From Octopus sinensis (taxonomy: Eukaryota): a stretch of DNA of 64,000 nucleotides. Shown here piece after piece: positions 40,513 through 53,100 of the stretch. A program made the position numbers and the translations under genes. The DNA is taken from contig NC_042998.1 of NCBI RefSeq assembly GCF_006345805.1, positions 17,918,001 to 17,982,000 on the forward strand, in the 5' to 3' direction. Below the pieces are notes generated by a model. That model was not told the origin of the DNA, searched no databases, and was given only the letters and a program-made list of their open reading frames with translations. The stretch's first letter is position 1. Each line of letters opens with the position of its first letter.

Positions 40513-40804
40513 GGTTATCATAATTGTATTAAAGTACAGTTATACAGTCTTTGATAGTGATCAGAAAATGTTAAAAAATAGAATCTTTGACAATGAGAAG
40601 AAAATGTTAAGAGGGGCTTTTCGTTTAAACAATTTACATTAAAGTGTTCAAAATAGGTTGTAACATATATTTATAATTAAGTTCATAAAAAAACATGGTT
40701 GTATTGAAGCATATATAGAGAAAGAATCATATTTAAGTATTTATACAGAATTTTAGGGGAATGATCAACCTTTCCATTCTTCATCTTCTGCTCTGATTAT
40801 ATAT

Positions 40805-41390
40805 GCAAGGGTCGTGTGGAATGTGTCCTCAGGCATCTCCTCCCTAGGGTCTTTTCATTAGACTTTTCTGTTGGATTCTCAAGTCAGACTGTGGATACTG
40901 TTTAACCATTTTGTTCTGGGTCTACCTATTTCTTTACTATCCACAAGGGGCCAAACAGAGGGAACAAACAAGGACAGACAAACGGATTAAGACGATTATA
41001 CTTTATTTATCGACCCCGTACGAATGAAAGGCAAAGTCGACCTCGGCGGAATTTGAACTCAGAACGTAGCAACAGACGAAATACCGCTAAGCATCTCGCC
41101 CGGCGCTCTAACGTTTCTGCCAGCTCGCCGCCCGCTTACGTTTCTGCCTGGGTCTACCTCTCAGTCTGTTACCGGTTGGCTCGTCTTGATGTATGTTTTG
41201 CGATTCTTTCCAGTGACACCCTAATCACAGGTCTGTAGCAACGGAACTGTTACCTCACAATGCGCTGATGTAGCAGATTGATCTGTAGAGATGTCCTGAT
41301 CTCCGAACTGCCCACCATATCTAGTAACGTCACTTCTATTTCACTGTCGCTCACTTTCGGTCATTACTCAACATTTACGACCATGGGTAA
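40805..41390 (-). pseudogene. Decayed RTE LINE 3' region interrupted by a SINE F copy (40929-41133, minus strand)
   Basis: Minus strand GNRLRGRPRQK and GRPRTKWLNSI. ctgggtctacct is repeated on both sides of the SINE. Confidence 0.6.
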
Positions 41391-41452
41391 GAATAAACAT
41401 TGAATTATTGAAGATAGCACGTATATGTGTGTGCATAGTGTGTGTCTGTGTA

Positions 41453-41868
41453 AAGCGACGAGCTGGCAGAAACGTTAGCGAAATGCGTAGCCGTATTTCG
41501 TCAGTCGTTACGTTCTGAGTTCAAATTCCGCCGAGGTCGACTTTGCCTTTCATCCTTTCGGGGTCGATTAAATAAGTACCAGTTACGCACTGGCGTCGAT
41601 ATGATCGACTTTATCCGTGTGTCTGTCCTTGTTTGTCCTCTCTGTGTTTAGCCCCTTGTGGGTAGTAAAGAAATAGAAATAGGTGTCTCGTCTGCAGCTT
41701 CGTTCTGAGTTCAAATTCCGCGGAGGTCGACTTTGCCTTTCATCCTTTCGGGGTCGATTAAATAAGTACCAGTTACGCACTGGGGTCGATATATAATTGA
41801 CTTAGACCGTGTGTCTGTCCTTGTTTGTCCTCTCTGTGTTTAGCCCCTTGTGAGTAGTAAAGAAATAG
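41453..41868 (+). mobile_element. SINE family F, tandem dimer
   Basis: gagctggcagaaacgttagc...gagttcaaattccgccgaggtcgactttgcctttcatcctttcggggtcgat. The body is repeated from ~41681. Confidence 0.9.
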
Positions 41869-42855
41869 GTGTGTGTGTGTGGTGTGTGTGTGTGTGTGTG
41901 ATATCATGCTTGTATCCGATTTGTTGCGATGAGTTATTAATATGTTTATTGATGCATATAATCAGAAAGTTCAGGGTATCAAACATTGTTTCTAGATCAT
42001 CACTTACGATATTTTTAGCTGGTATCACTTCAGAACATCGCGTTATTACCATCAACTACAGTCTATATAATCAGGACGATGACGCCATAAATAACGCCAT
42101 TACTGGATGCTCAGGGATTGTTAAGTTAAATATATATCAACAGACACCGTTCAGAGTGTTGGTCTGTGCATTGGAAAATATACAGACACTTGGACATGAA
42201 TGTTTGTATGCTTTTCCTAGTGATGAAGAGAAATATTGGTAGAAGCCATTCTATACAGTTTTTTTCACTGAATCAATCGTTTTGATTGCATAAATAATGC
42301 GTTTTCGTTTGTGATTGCATGAAAAGTGCTTTTCATATATTTTGATTAAATCGTTTCTCATTTCGTGCATATTCTTACTTCTAAGGTATTGTAAATTAAA
42401 TAATAGGTATTTGAGGTGAAACGCGACTTGGCCACGGGGAAGACGAAGGTTACTACCTGATATCCTGTAATAAACATTAAAGATAGAAATGCCGACTTCC
42501 ACGTCGGTGATATGATTTTTATTGTAGCGCTTCGAATCGTTGCTTTCAAAGATATTATTTGGCAAATCGGTTGATTTGATAATATGGATTGTAATTACTA
42601 TTTAATATTTTCTCTTGTTAGATACGCACATTTTAGTTCATGTCCAGCCATGCCTGTCTCATATTCTGTAATACCATCAGAATTAGGTTCAGTTTATATA
42701 TATTTACTCCCTATATAATTCCAAGTTAAAGGGGTGAGTTAAATTTAAATTTTAACCACTGTTAGATTTGGCTGACAAACACTTTTATACTTGGCTCTGA
42801 TGACTTCATCTTTCTAATGTTTGATTGTATTTTAATGTTACGTATATGTAACTAT

Positions 42856-43090
42856 GTGAAGGTGCGTGGCATAGTACTTAGGGTATTGCACTGACGATCA
42901 CTGGATCACAGGTTCGATTCCCAGACATTGTTCCAGTTAATTCCACTCTAAATGGGTAACTATATGCTGAAATAGCCTTCCGATCTGAGGGAATATTGGC
43001 CTGCTCCCCTAGCCAGTGAAGGGGCGTCATAGGAAAACCAAAACAACTCAGAGCGCATCGTGACCAGCGATGCATAACACATTCAATAAT
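42856..43090 (+). mobile_element. Diverged tRNA-derived SINE (additional family)
   Basis: gtgaaggtgcgtggcatagt...ggttcgattccc head. Confidence 0.6.
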
Positions 43091-44047
43091 CTGATCTATG
43101 TAACTCTCTTCTAGACTATAAATTTGTCGGCGTGATTAAATACAAGATTATTCACAACATTAGCATTGTATTGTTTTAAAATATCTTTGTTCTCAAAATC
43201 TATTTGAGTATACATAAAATATTAGCTTGCAATACGAGGCGAAATTGTATAGAGGTGACACTTAAAATATTTCTTGATTTTGTTTTTGCTGGCATTTTAA
43301 TAAAATTAGGGGTCTGTAAATAATTCCGTTCCCATATCGATATTTAATTATCTGCATCCTTGACTCAACACTTACTTATATGGAACTGCATTCAACTTAA
43401 TGTCAGTTGGAAGTTCTGAATATGATGGTTGATAAATGTATCTAATTTTTGTATCGCTAACTCAGGAATTAGTGCTTCGCATATAATGCCTCAACAGTTG
43501 TTTCTCCAACAAGAAAACTGACGCAAAGGCTTGTGAATTCTAGTAAAGGTACGCAAGGGCCGTGTGTTGCTGTAAAACCGGGATAAGGTTAAATACAAAG
43601 GATACAAAACAGAATTTGCAAGAAACAGTAGGAATATGAGATGCAGCACGGATTTTTGTTAGTGAACAGGTCGCGGTCTTAAAGCGACGAAAATATTTTG
43701 ACAAATTAAACTTAAATGTTGAAGTGAATCGAACGGCTTTTGTGTGTTTCTTAAATGGCTTACAAACACCTTCTACGCTGCAATTGTTTTCGTTTCAGCA
43801 CACGATCTGAGATCAAATCACTTGCTATGCAAGTACAATAGGAATATTGTATTAAAATTCGAATGATCTTAGAGCACTTCATATATATTTTATACTTTCA
43901 ACTAGTACTAAACCAGCAAGGAGGAAAGACACATCGGATTTTAGTTTAGAACAGGGAGCCGGAAAAAGATAGTGCAAGCATTACTCTTTATTACTTAAAC
44001 GCTTCTGCCAATTCGACCCAATGCGTATCAAGGTATAGAAATGAATA

Positions 44048-44465
44048 AGGTGGCGAGCTGGCAGAATAGTTAGCACGCCGGGTGAAATGCGTATCCGTAT
44101 ATCGTCTGCTGTTACGTTCTGAGTTCAAATTCCGCCGAGGTCGACTTTGCCTTTCATCCTTTCGGGGGTCGATAAATTAAGTACCAGTTACGCACTGGGG
44201 TCGATATAATCGACTCAATCCGTTTGTCTGTCCTTGTTTGTCCCCTCTGTGTTTAGCTCCTTGTGGGTAGTAAAGAAATAGGTATTTCGTCTGCCGTTAC
44301 GTTCTGAGCTCAAATACCGCCGAGGTCGACTTTGCCTTTCATCCTTTCGGGGTCGATAAATTAAGTACCAGTTATGCACTGGGGTCGATATAATCGACTT
44401 AATCCGTTTGTATGTTCTTGTTTGTCCCCTCTGTGTTCAGCCCCTTGTGGGTTGTAAAGAAATAG
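44048..44465 (+). mobile_element. SINE family F, tandem dimer
   Basis: As 41453. The second unit starts at ~44281. Confidence 0.9.
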
Positions 44466-45270
44466 GTATAGGAATGAATGAATGTAGATATGTTCATGTG
44501 GATTGTGCATCTAATGCTCATTTAAATTTCCGCTCGAAGGAGATTTACTTTAATTGACATTTACAAACGCTATCACAATCTTCCGCCTATATTGGTTGAT
44601 ATAATGTAACAACAAACTTCTCTAGAAATAAAACTATAGAGAAAAATCTATGTAAATATGTGTGTTGACGTCAGAAAACCTGTAAGAGTACTTATGATAA
44701 TGCTCCAAAGTTGATATGAGGGAATTAAATTTTAAACGAATCTTGTACGTTCTAACATGAGACATGTAGAATATCTTTTGTGTTCATTTAATAACAGGAA
44801 TTTTAAAAACTGTATTAAGACTTTAAAATACTTTTCCAACTTTGAAACCAAAATACCACTTTATTTTCAATAACATCGCATTTGTGAGTATTTTCAAGTA
44901 TTTAGTTTGAACAATGATGCCCGTATTTTATCTTATAATAAACAAAAATGTGCGATTTTTGTAATTCCTCTTTCTCTTGCTTTATAAGTTATTGAGGGTG
45001 CATTTTCTTAATAATGTATCTCAGTAAATATCGAGAAGCTGATTATTTGCTGACCACATTGATTCTGGTTGTTATATGCATCTAAAAGAATGGAGCCACT
45101 ATAGAAACGTAACCATGTCTAATTGATTAGGTACAGGCATTGACAAAATAAGGATATTCATTAAGAGGTACGACAATCAAGGCATAACGAAAGGCCTAAT
45201 TCTCTGTCTATTTGTCTCTCTCTCCTGTCCTGTATACTGTGCATGTATGTATATATATGTCCGAAGTTAG

Positions 45271-45460
45271 GACGCCATGATAGATCGTTAGCTCCTACCC
45301 GCATTTTTTTCTCTCCATTTGTTTCTGTATATCTTTCTGTCGAAGAGCGTAGGCTCGAAACGTAAAAGAATTTTCTATTCCTGAGCGCTATACTAATACA
45401 TTTGTTTGTTTGTACACCACCTGCCTTCGTCTTTTGTTTATTTTCGTAAACTTTCCCTTT
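45271..45460 (+). mobile_element. CUGUCGA-hammerhead element (motif 45332-45369)
   Basis: Same family as 9760-9912. Ends in (TA)n. Confidence 0.75.
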
Positions 45461-45734
45461 ATATATATATGTATATATATATATAGTAAAGTGAAGTTGT
45501 AAGGTACCGCAGGAGTGGAATTATATATGAAAGAAGATTTGAAAATGCAAATTTAAAAGATGTTTATTCACTTGACCGGTTTCACTTTTTTAGAAAAAAA
45601 TTGTCAAAAGTAACTTGTAAAAGCTTTGTTGTGTTAGGTACTGGTTGTCACAAAATAATACTATACATATATACATTCTTTGATAATAATGATAAAATGT
45701 TAAAAACAGTTTACAAGGTAAAATTTTGGGAAAA

Positions 45735-45801
45735 GGTCTTGCGTGTGGATTTGGTAGACGGAAACTGTATGTATACACACACACACACACACACACACGC
45801 A

Positions 45802-45843
<42 letters not shown>

Positions 45844-46065
45844 CATATATTTGTGTGCTTTTGTGTCTGTGTTTGCCCACACCACCACCGCTTCACAACA
45901 GATGTTGGTATATTTACGTTCCCGTAACCTAGTGGTTCGGCAGAAGAAAGGGATAGAAAAAGCACTAGGCTTGCAAAGAATAAGTCCAGGAGTCGATTTC
46001 TTCGACTAAAAGGCGTTGCTCCAGCATAGCCACAGTCAAATGTCTGAAACAAGCAAAAGAATAAA
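45735..46065 (+). mobile_element. SINE family A, diverged and truncated
   Basis: Family sequence. Confidence 0.8.
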
Positions 46066-46109
46066 AGAAGATATATATACGTAAGTATATTTGTATAACT
46101 ATATATATG

Positions 46110-46160
<51 letters not shown>

Positions 46161-46166
<6 letters not shown>

Positions 46167-46886
46167 GAAAGAATGGAGTCGAACGAAGATGTTAACAAAA
46201 TTCCTTTACTCTCGACATATGTTTCGAAGACAACATGGTTTCATTCTAAAGGAATAAAAGGTGTATGATGCAATCTTCTCATCAGGAAAGAAAGGGAGCC
46301 TCTCTCGAAAACAAGATAAACAAAAATTTCGATGACTGCCTACATGGTAAACAAAACGATAATGAGTGTTTTTAAAAAAACCGTTAGAAGAATTGACGTC
46401 AAAGATAGATAGTAGGAAGAGAAGGGTTAAAGGAATAATAGGTAGGGAACAAGTGGAGAGGGAAGGGTACGTTGATTGAAAGAATGCTCGAAGGCTTAGG
46501 AAAGAATTTCGCTATTGAAGTGGAGTGCACGTTAAGCTAATTGTTCAAACCAGAGTGACTATCGTTATCATTTATATGAGTAGAAAGTATGTTTCTGCCA
46601 GTGTGTACATTTGTATGATTTTTCTATGAGTGTGTTTACAAGGGGAACCTTAGAGAAGAGAATATGGAAGAGTTCAGAGTTGCAAATGTTACAAAATCTC
46701 CTGCCCTTATCGTTCGACTCCATTCTTTCATTTATTCACATACAACACACACATTTCTGCACATGAACCCTGAGTTTCTACCCTTGGACAGGTCGCTTTA
46801 ACCGTGTTTCTGACGTGAATATGCTACCTTGGTTTCAGTTCAACGAATTTTCTATGCTGACGATAAACATAGGATAATTCATTCAC

Positions 46887-46889
<3 letters not shown>
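46161..46889 (-). mobile_element. Penelope-like element fragment in (TA)n with an inverted segment
   Basis: ataaatgaaagaatggagtcgaacga (46161) is inverted at 46710-46736. It carries a hammerhead and has (TA)n on both sides. Confidence 0.7.
46209..46290 (-). ncRNA. Canonical type I hammerhead ribozyme
   Basis: Minus strand ctttc CTGATGA gaaga...tcttc GAAA catat GTC gagag, with palindromic stem III ACATATGT. Confidence 0.8.
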
Positions 46890-46929
<40 letters not shown>

Positions 46930-46991
46930 GATTCAGTGGAGTATATAATACCGATTGCTAAAATCATGGCCAATGCTCAACCACAACCATG

Positions 46992-47058
<67 letters not shown>

Positions 47059-47107
47059 TATATGTATATATACTTACAAATATATATATACATACATACA
47101 TACATAA

Positions 47108-47139
<32 letters not shown>

Positions 47140-47490
47140 GTATATATATATATATATTGAGAGAGAGAGAGAGAGGGGGAGAGAGAGAGAAAGAGAAGGA
47201 TGCGTTTGGGTATGTCTGTGTGTGCAAGCTGTATATATGTTTGTGTTCGCATGAAAGTGTTTGAGTGTTCATTTGTAACTAACGCGCAATTTTTGCGTTT
47301 GGATTCATATCACAAATTTCATTATATGTTCCATTCCCCTCGATTGCAGTCCACAGTGAGTCAGACTTCTCTTTCGCTGCTTCTTTGAAGGTCACTGATC
47401 TTTACAATGCCGCTCTATCATTTCTCTTATCACTACCAGGATGATTTGCATAGTATATTATTTATCATCTATCTCTTTCTAGACCAGTCT

Positions 47491-47524
<34 letters not shown>

Positions 47525-47587
47525 CATCGATATACGCACGTACGTATGTATACACACACACAGACGCACACACGCACATATATATAT

Positions 47588-47823
47588 TCTTTTACTCTTT
47601 TACTTGTTTCAGTTATTTGACTGCGGCCATGCTGGAGCAACGCCTTTAGTCGAGCAAATCGACCCAAGGACTTATTCTTTGTAAGCCTAGTACTTATTCT
47701 ATCGGTGTCTTTGCCGAACTGCTAATTTAGGGGGTCATAAACACACCAGCATCGGTTGTCAAGCGATGTTGGGGGGAAAACAAACAGACACACAAGCAGA
47801 CGCACAAATATATATATATATAA

Positions 47824-47898
<75 letters not shown>

Positions 47899-48058
47899 TA
47901 CGACGGGCTTCTTTCAGTTTCCGTCTACCAAATCAACTCACAAGGCTTTGGTCGTCCCGAGGCTATAGTAGAAGACAGTTTCCCAAGGTACCACACAGAT
48001 GGAGTGAACCCGGAACCATGTGGTGGTAAGCAAGCTAGTTACCACACAGCCATTCCTA
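47588..48058 (-). mobile_element. SINE family A with an expanded internal (TA)n
   Basis: Reverse complement of the family sequence. Confidence 0.88.
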
Positions 48059-48059
48059 T

Positions 48060-48103
<44 letters not shown>

Positions 48104-48227
48104 TATATATATAATATATATAGATATATATATATATATATGCATACGTACGTACATACTACGCACATAGATAGGTAGATAGATAGACGAACAGATATAT
48201 ACATACATACATACATACATACATACA

Positions 48228-48258
<31 letters not shown>

Positions 48259-48701
48259 GAACGGATGTATCTCTGCAGAGCAACTTCGATGCATTTTTAA
48301 TTAGATACATTATTATGCGTGTTTTGATTTATTGATGTATTTATTCATTGATATATCATATTGATACGGCGAATATATTAATAACATTTTAGGAATGACC
48401 TCATCTTAATCTTTTTTCCGATAGAGACGACAGAATAGTCGTATCATTGAGGATAGTAGCCAAAGCTAGATTGATAGCTTATGCAGAGCGGGTAATCGAA
48501 TACAAATATATCTGAGCATGTACACGTTCACACACGCACTCATATACACACACTTCCATGCAACACTTACACACACACGTGCACATACCACAAACACGCA
48601 GGGAAACACATCCATACAAAACAAAAACTTATCCTGGTATACACACACACACACACACACACATACACACACACAAGGGCACATATAATGGATACGTACA
48701 T

Positions 48702-48873
48702 AGGCACAGGAGTGGCTATGTGGTAAGTAGCTTGCTTACCAACTACATGGTTCCGGATTCAGTCCCACTGCGTGGCACCTTGGGCTAGTGTCTTCTACTA
48801 TAGCCTCGGGCCGACCAAAGCCTTGTGAATGGATTTGGTAGACGGAAACTGAAAGAAGCCCGTCGTATATATG

Positions 48874-48904
<31 letters not shown>

Positions 48905-49115
48905 TTGTGTGAGTGTGTTTGTACCCCTAGCATTGCTTGACAACCGATGCTGGTGTGTTTATGTCCCCATTACTTAGCGGTTCTGCAAAAGAGACCGATA
49001 AAATAAGTACTGGGCTTACAAAAGAATAAGTCCCGGGGTCGAGTTTTCTCGATTAAAGGCGTTGCTCCAGCATGGCCGCAGTCAAATGACTGAAACAAGT
49101 AAAAGAGTATAAAGA
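48702..49115 (+). mobile_element. SINE family A, full length
   Basis: Family sequence. Confidence 0.92.
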
Positions 49116-49162
49116 ATTAAAGGGAGAGGTAGACGAACGAAAGAGATTAAGAGAGAAAACGG

Positions 49163-49193
<31 letters not shown>

Positions 49194-49237
49194 AGATAGA
49201 AAAAAAGAGACAGTGAAACAATCATAAATATTCGTAA

Positions 49238-49278
<41 letters not shown>

Positions 49279-50136
49279 TATACATACGCACACATCTGTG
49301 TGTATGTATGTACGTATACATATACTGTTATATATCCATGTATGCGTCTTGCATAATATGCATACGGGCATGCACATATTGATATTTAGATATATGAATG
49401 CATATAAATACATAGAAACGATCAGAGATTCATATACGTACATGGATGCGTACTTTTTCATATTTAGATATGTTCATACGTTCGTAAATATTGAGTTTGC
49501 TTTATTGGAGAATTGCTTGTTAGCAAGCTAGTTGCTTGCTACATAAAACGTTAATAAATAGAATTATAACTAATCCGAGGCTACATTAATTCAGTTTATC
49601 TGTAAATTAATATACTGTATTTCTTCTTCAAACAAATATATGAAACTAATTTATCTGAGTTGAGATAGAAATATCCAAATCTGCCCCAAATCATATCTTT
49701 CTCAGTTGGATAATGTTTTCACAGTTGCCCTAAAAAGGATGAATTTGTTACGGCTGGAATAAATTTGATCATTGATTTTCTCTATCAGTGTTATTATCCC
49801 AGAAAGCAGTTCAAAATTTCAATAAGTCAACAAGAAGATCACAGCCTAGTCACACGATCTGCGTAAAACGTTAGTGAACCTCTCATCAAATCACGCCACA
49901 GTGTATTAAAGTCGAAGTACATATTAGATAACGGATAAAAAGATGGCCAATAACTGAGAATAAATATAAAGTATTAACTAATGGTAAAACATGTTTTCGA
50001 ATCATGAAAAAATAATGCTTTACCTGTCCAAATGTCAAAGAATATAATTCACAAATTGAAATGTGCTAAAACCTGTGTAAGGGTTCATTGAAATTAAGTT
50101 CGGAGATTCAAATTTTGAAACATCAATATATATATA

Positions 50137-53100
50137 TTTCTAGTGGGTGAATGGCCTATTATGGCCGTTCCTTGATTGTGATGTTTTAACTTATAAATGG
50201 TCATGACTATTTAATTTTTTTTTTCCCACTAGGCCGCTGGTGGCAAAGAAATTCTACAAAATTTTTTTTGCCACCCTATATTATTATTAATTAATTTTCT
50301 GGTTGATTCCGTAATGAACGGCGGCTGTATTTTATTTGCTGCCGATAAATTTGGCGCGAGTGGCGATGATTTGAAAATTTTAGGTCAGATATTGCAGGCA
50401 GGGACAGAGGCCTCGTGAAAATTCTGTTCGATCTGGCTATTTCTTACTGACGAATCTAAGGGCCTATGGAAGATTGGCTTGATTAATTTAATCAGGTTAT
50501 GTTTACCCATTACACAAGATGAAACGGTGGCATCGTATAAGAAATTACAGGGTAAATGTTTTTTAAATTTTCTCCTGGTTTGCGGAATTAATGTTATTTT
50601 GCGGTGAAGCTTTGGCTGTTATTTCTAGTGGGTGATGGCCTATTATGGCCGTTCCTTGATTGTGATGTTGAACTTATAAATGGTCTATGACTATTTAATT
50701 TTTTCCCACTAGGCCGCTGGTGGCAAAGAAATTCTACAAAATTTTTTTTGCCACCCTATATTGATTAATTATGAATTTTCTGGTTGATTCCGTAATGGAA
50801 TCGGCGGCTTATATTTATTTGCTGCCGATAAATTTGTGCGCGAGTGCGATGATTTGAAAATTTTAGGTCAGATATTGCCGAGGCAGGGACGAATTGCCTC
50901 GTGAAAATATCTGTTCCGATCTGGCTATTTCTTACTGACGAATCTAAGGGCCTATGGAAGATTGGCTTGATTTAATTTAATCAGGTTAGTTTACCATTAA
51001 ACAATAGATGAAACGGTGCATCGTATAAGAAATTACAGGGAAGGGTAAATGTTTTTTAAATTTTCTCCTGGTTTGCGGAATTAATGTTATTTTGCGGTTG
51101 AAGCTTTGGCTGTTATTTCTAGTGGGTGAATGGCCTATTATGGCCGTTCCTTGATTGTTGATGGTGAACTTATAAATGGTCTATGACTATTTAATTTTTT
51201 CCCACTAGGCCGCTGGTGGCAAAGAAATTCTACAATTTTTTTTGCCACCTATATTGATTAATTATGAATTTTCTGGTTGATTCCGTAATGGAATCGGCGG
51301 CTTAGTATTATTTGCTGCCGATAAATTTGGCGCGAGTGCGATGATTTGAAAATTTTAGGTCAGATATTGCCGAGGCAGGGACAGAAGTGCCTCGTGAAAA
51401 TATCTGTTCCAATCTGGCTATTTCTTACTGACGAATCTAAGGGCCTATGGAAGATTGGCTTGATTTAATTTAATCAGGTTAGTTTACCATTAAAAATAGA
51501 TGAAACGGTGCATCGTATAAGAAATTACAGGGTAAATGTTTTTTAAATTTTCTCCTGGTTTTCGGAATTAATGTTATTTTGCGGTTGAAGCTTTGGCTGT
51601 TATTTCTAGTGGGTGAATGGCCTATATGGCCGTTCCTTGATTGTGATGTGAACTTATAAATGGTCTATGACTATTTAATTTTTTCCCACTAGGCCGCTGT
51701 GGCAAAGAAATTCTACACAAATTTTTTTTGCCACCCTATTTGATTAATTATGAATTTTCTGGTTGATTCCGTAATGGAATCGGCGGCTTATATTATTTGC
51801 TGCCGATAAATTTGGCGCGAGTGCGATGATTTGAAAATTTTAGGTCAGATATTGCCGAGGCAGGGACAGAATGCCTCGTGAAAATATCTGTTCCGATCTG
51901 GCTATTTCTCCTGACGATCTAAGGGCCTATGGAAGATTGGCTTGATTTAATTTAATCAGTTAGTTTTACCATTAACAATAGATGAAACGGTGCATCGTAT
52001 AAGAAATTACAGGGTAATGTTTTTTTTAATTTTCTCTCCTGGTTGCGGAATTAATGTTATTTTGCGGTTGAAGCTTTGGCTGTTATTTCTAGTGGGTGAA
52101 TGGCCTATTATGGCCGTTCCTTGATTGTGATGTTGAACTTATAAATGGTCTATGACTATTTAATTTTTTCCCAGGAACAAGCCGCTGGTGGCAAAGAAAT
52201 TCTACAAAATTTTTTTTGCCACCCTATATTGATTAATTATGAATTTTCTGGTTGATTCCGTAATGGAATCGGCGGCTTATATTTATTTGCTGCCGATAAA
52301 TTTGGCGCGAGTGCGATGATTTGAAAATTTTAGGTCAGATATTGCCGAGGCAGGGACAGAAGTGCCTCGTGAAAATATCTGTTCCGATCTGGCTATTTCT
52401 TACTGACGAATCTAAGGGCCTATGGAAGATTGCTTGATTTAATTTAATCAGTTAGTTTTACCATTAAACAATAGATGAAACGGTGCATCGTATAGAAATT
52501 ACAGGGTAAATGTTTTTTAAATTTTCTCCTGGTTTGCGGAATTAATGTTATTTTGCGGTTGAAGCTTTGGCTGTTATTTCTAGTGGTGAATGGCCTATTA
52601 TGGCCGTTCCTTGATTGTGATGTTGAACTTATAATGGTCTATGACTATTTAATTTTTTCCCACTAGGCCGCTGGTGGCAAAGAAATTCTACAAAATTTTT
52701 TTTGCCACCCTATATTGATTAATTATGAATTTTCTGGTTGATTCCGTAATGGAATCGGCGGCTTATATTTATTTGCTGCCGATAAATTTGGCGCGAGTGC
52801 GATGATTTGAAAATTTTAGGTCAAGATTGCCGAGGCAGGGACAGAAGTGCCTCGTGAAAATATCTGTTCCGATCTGGCTATTTCTTACTGACGAATCTAA
52901 GGGCCTATGGAAGATTGGCTTGATTTAATTTAATCAGGTTAGTTTACCATTAAACAATAGATGAAACGGTGCATCGTATAAGAAATTACAGGGTAAATGT
53001 TTTTTTTAATTTTCTCCTGGTTTGCGGAATAATGTTATTTTGCGGTTGAAGCTTTGGCTGTTATTCTAGTGGGTGAATGGCCTATTATGGCCGTTCCTTG

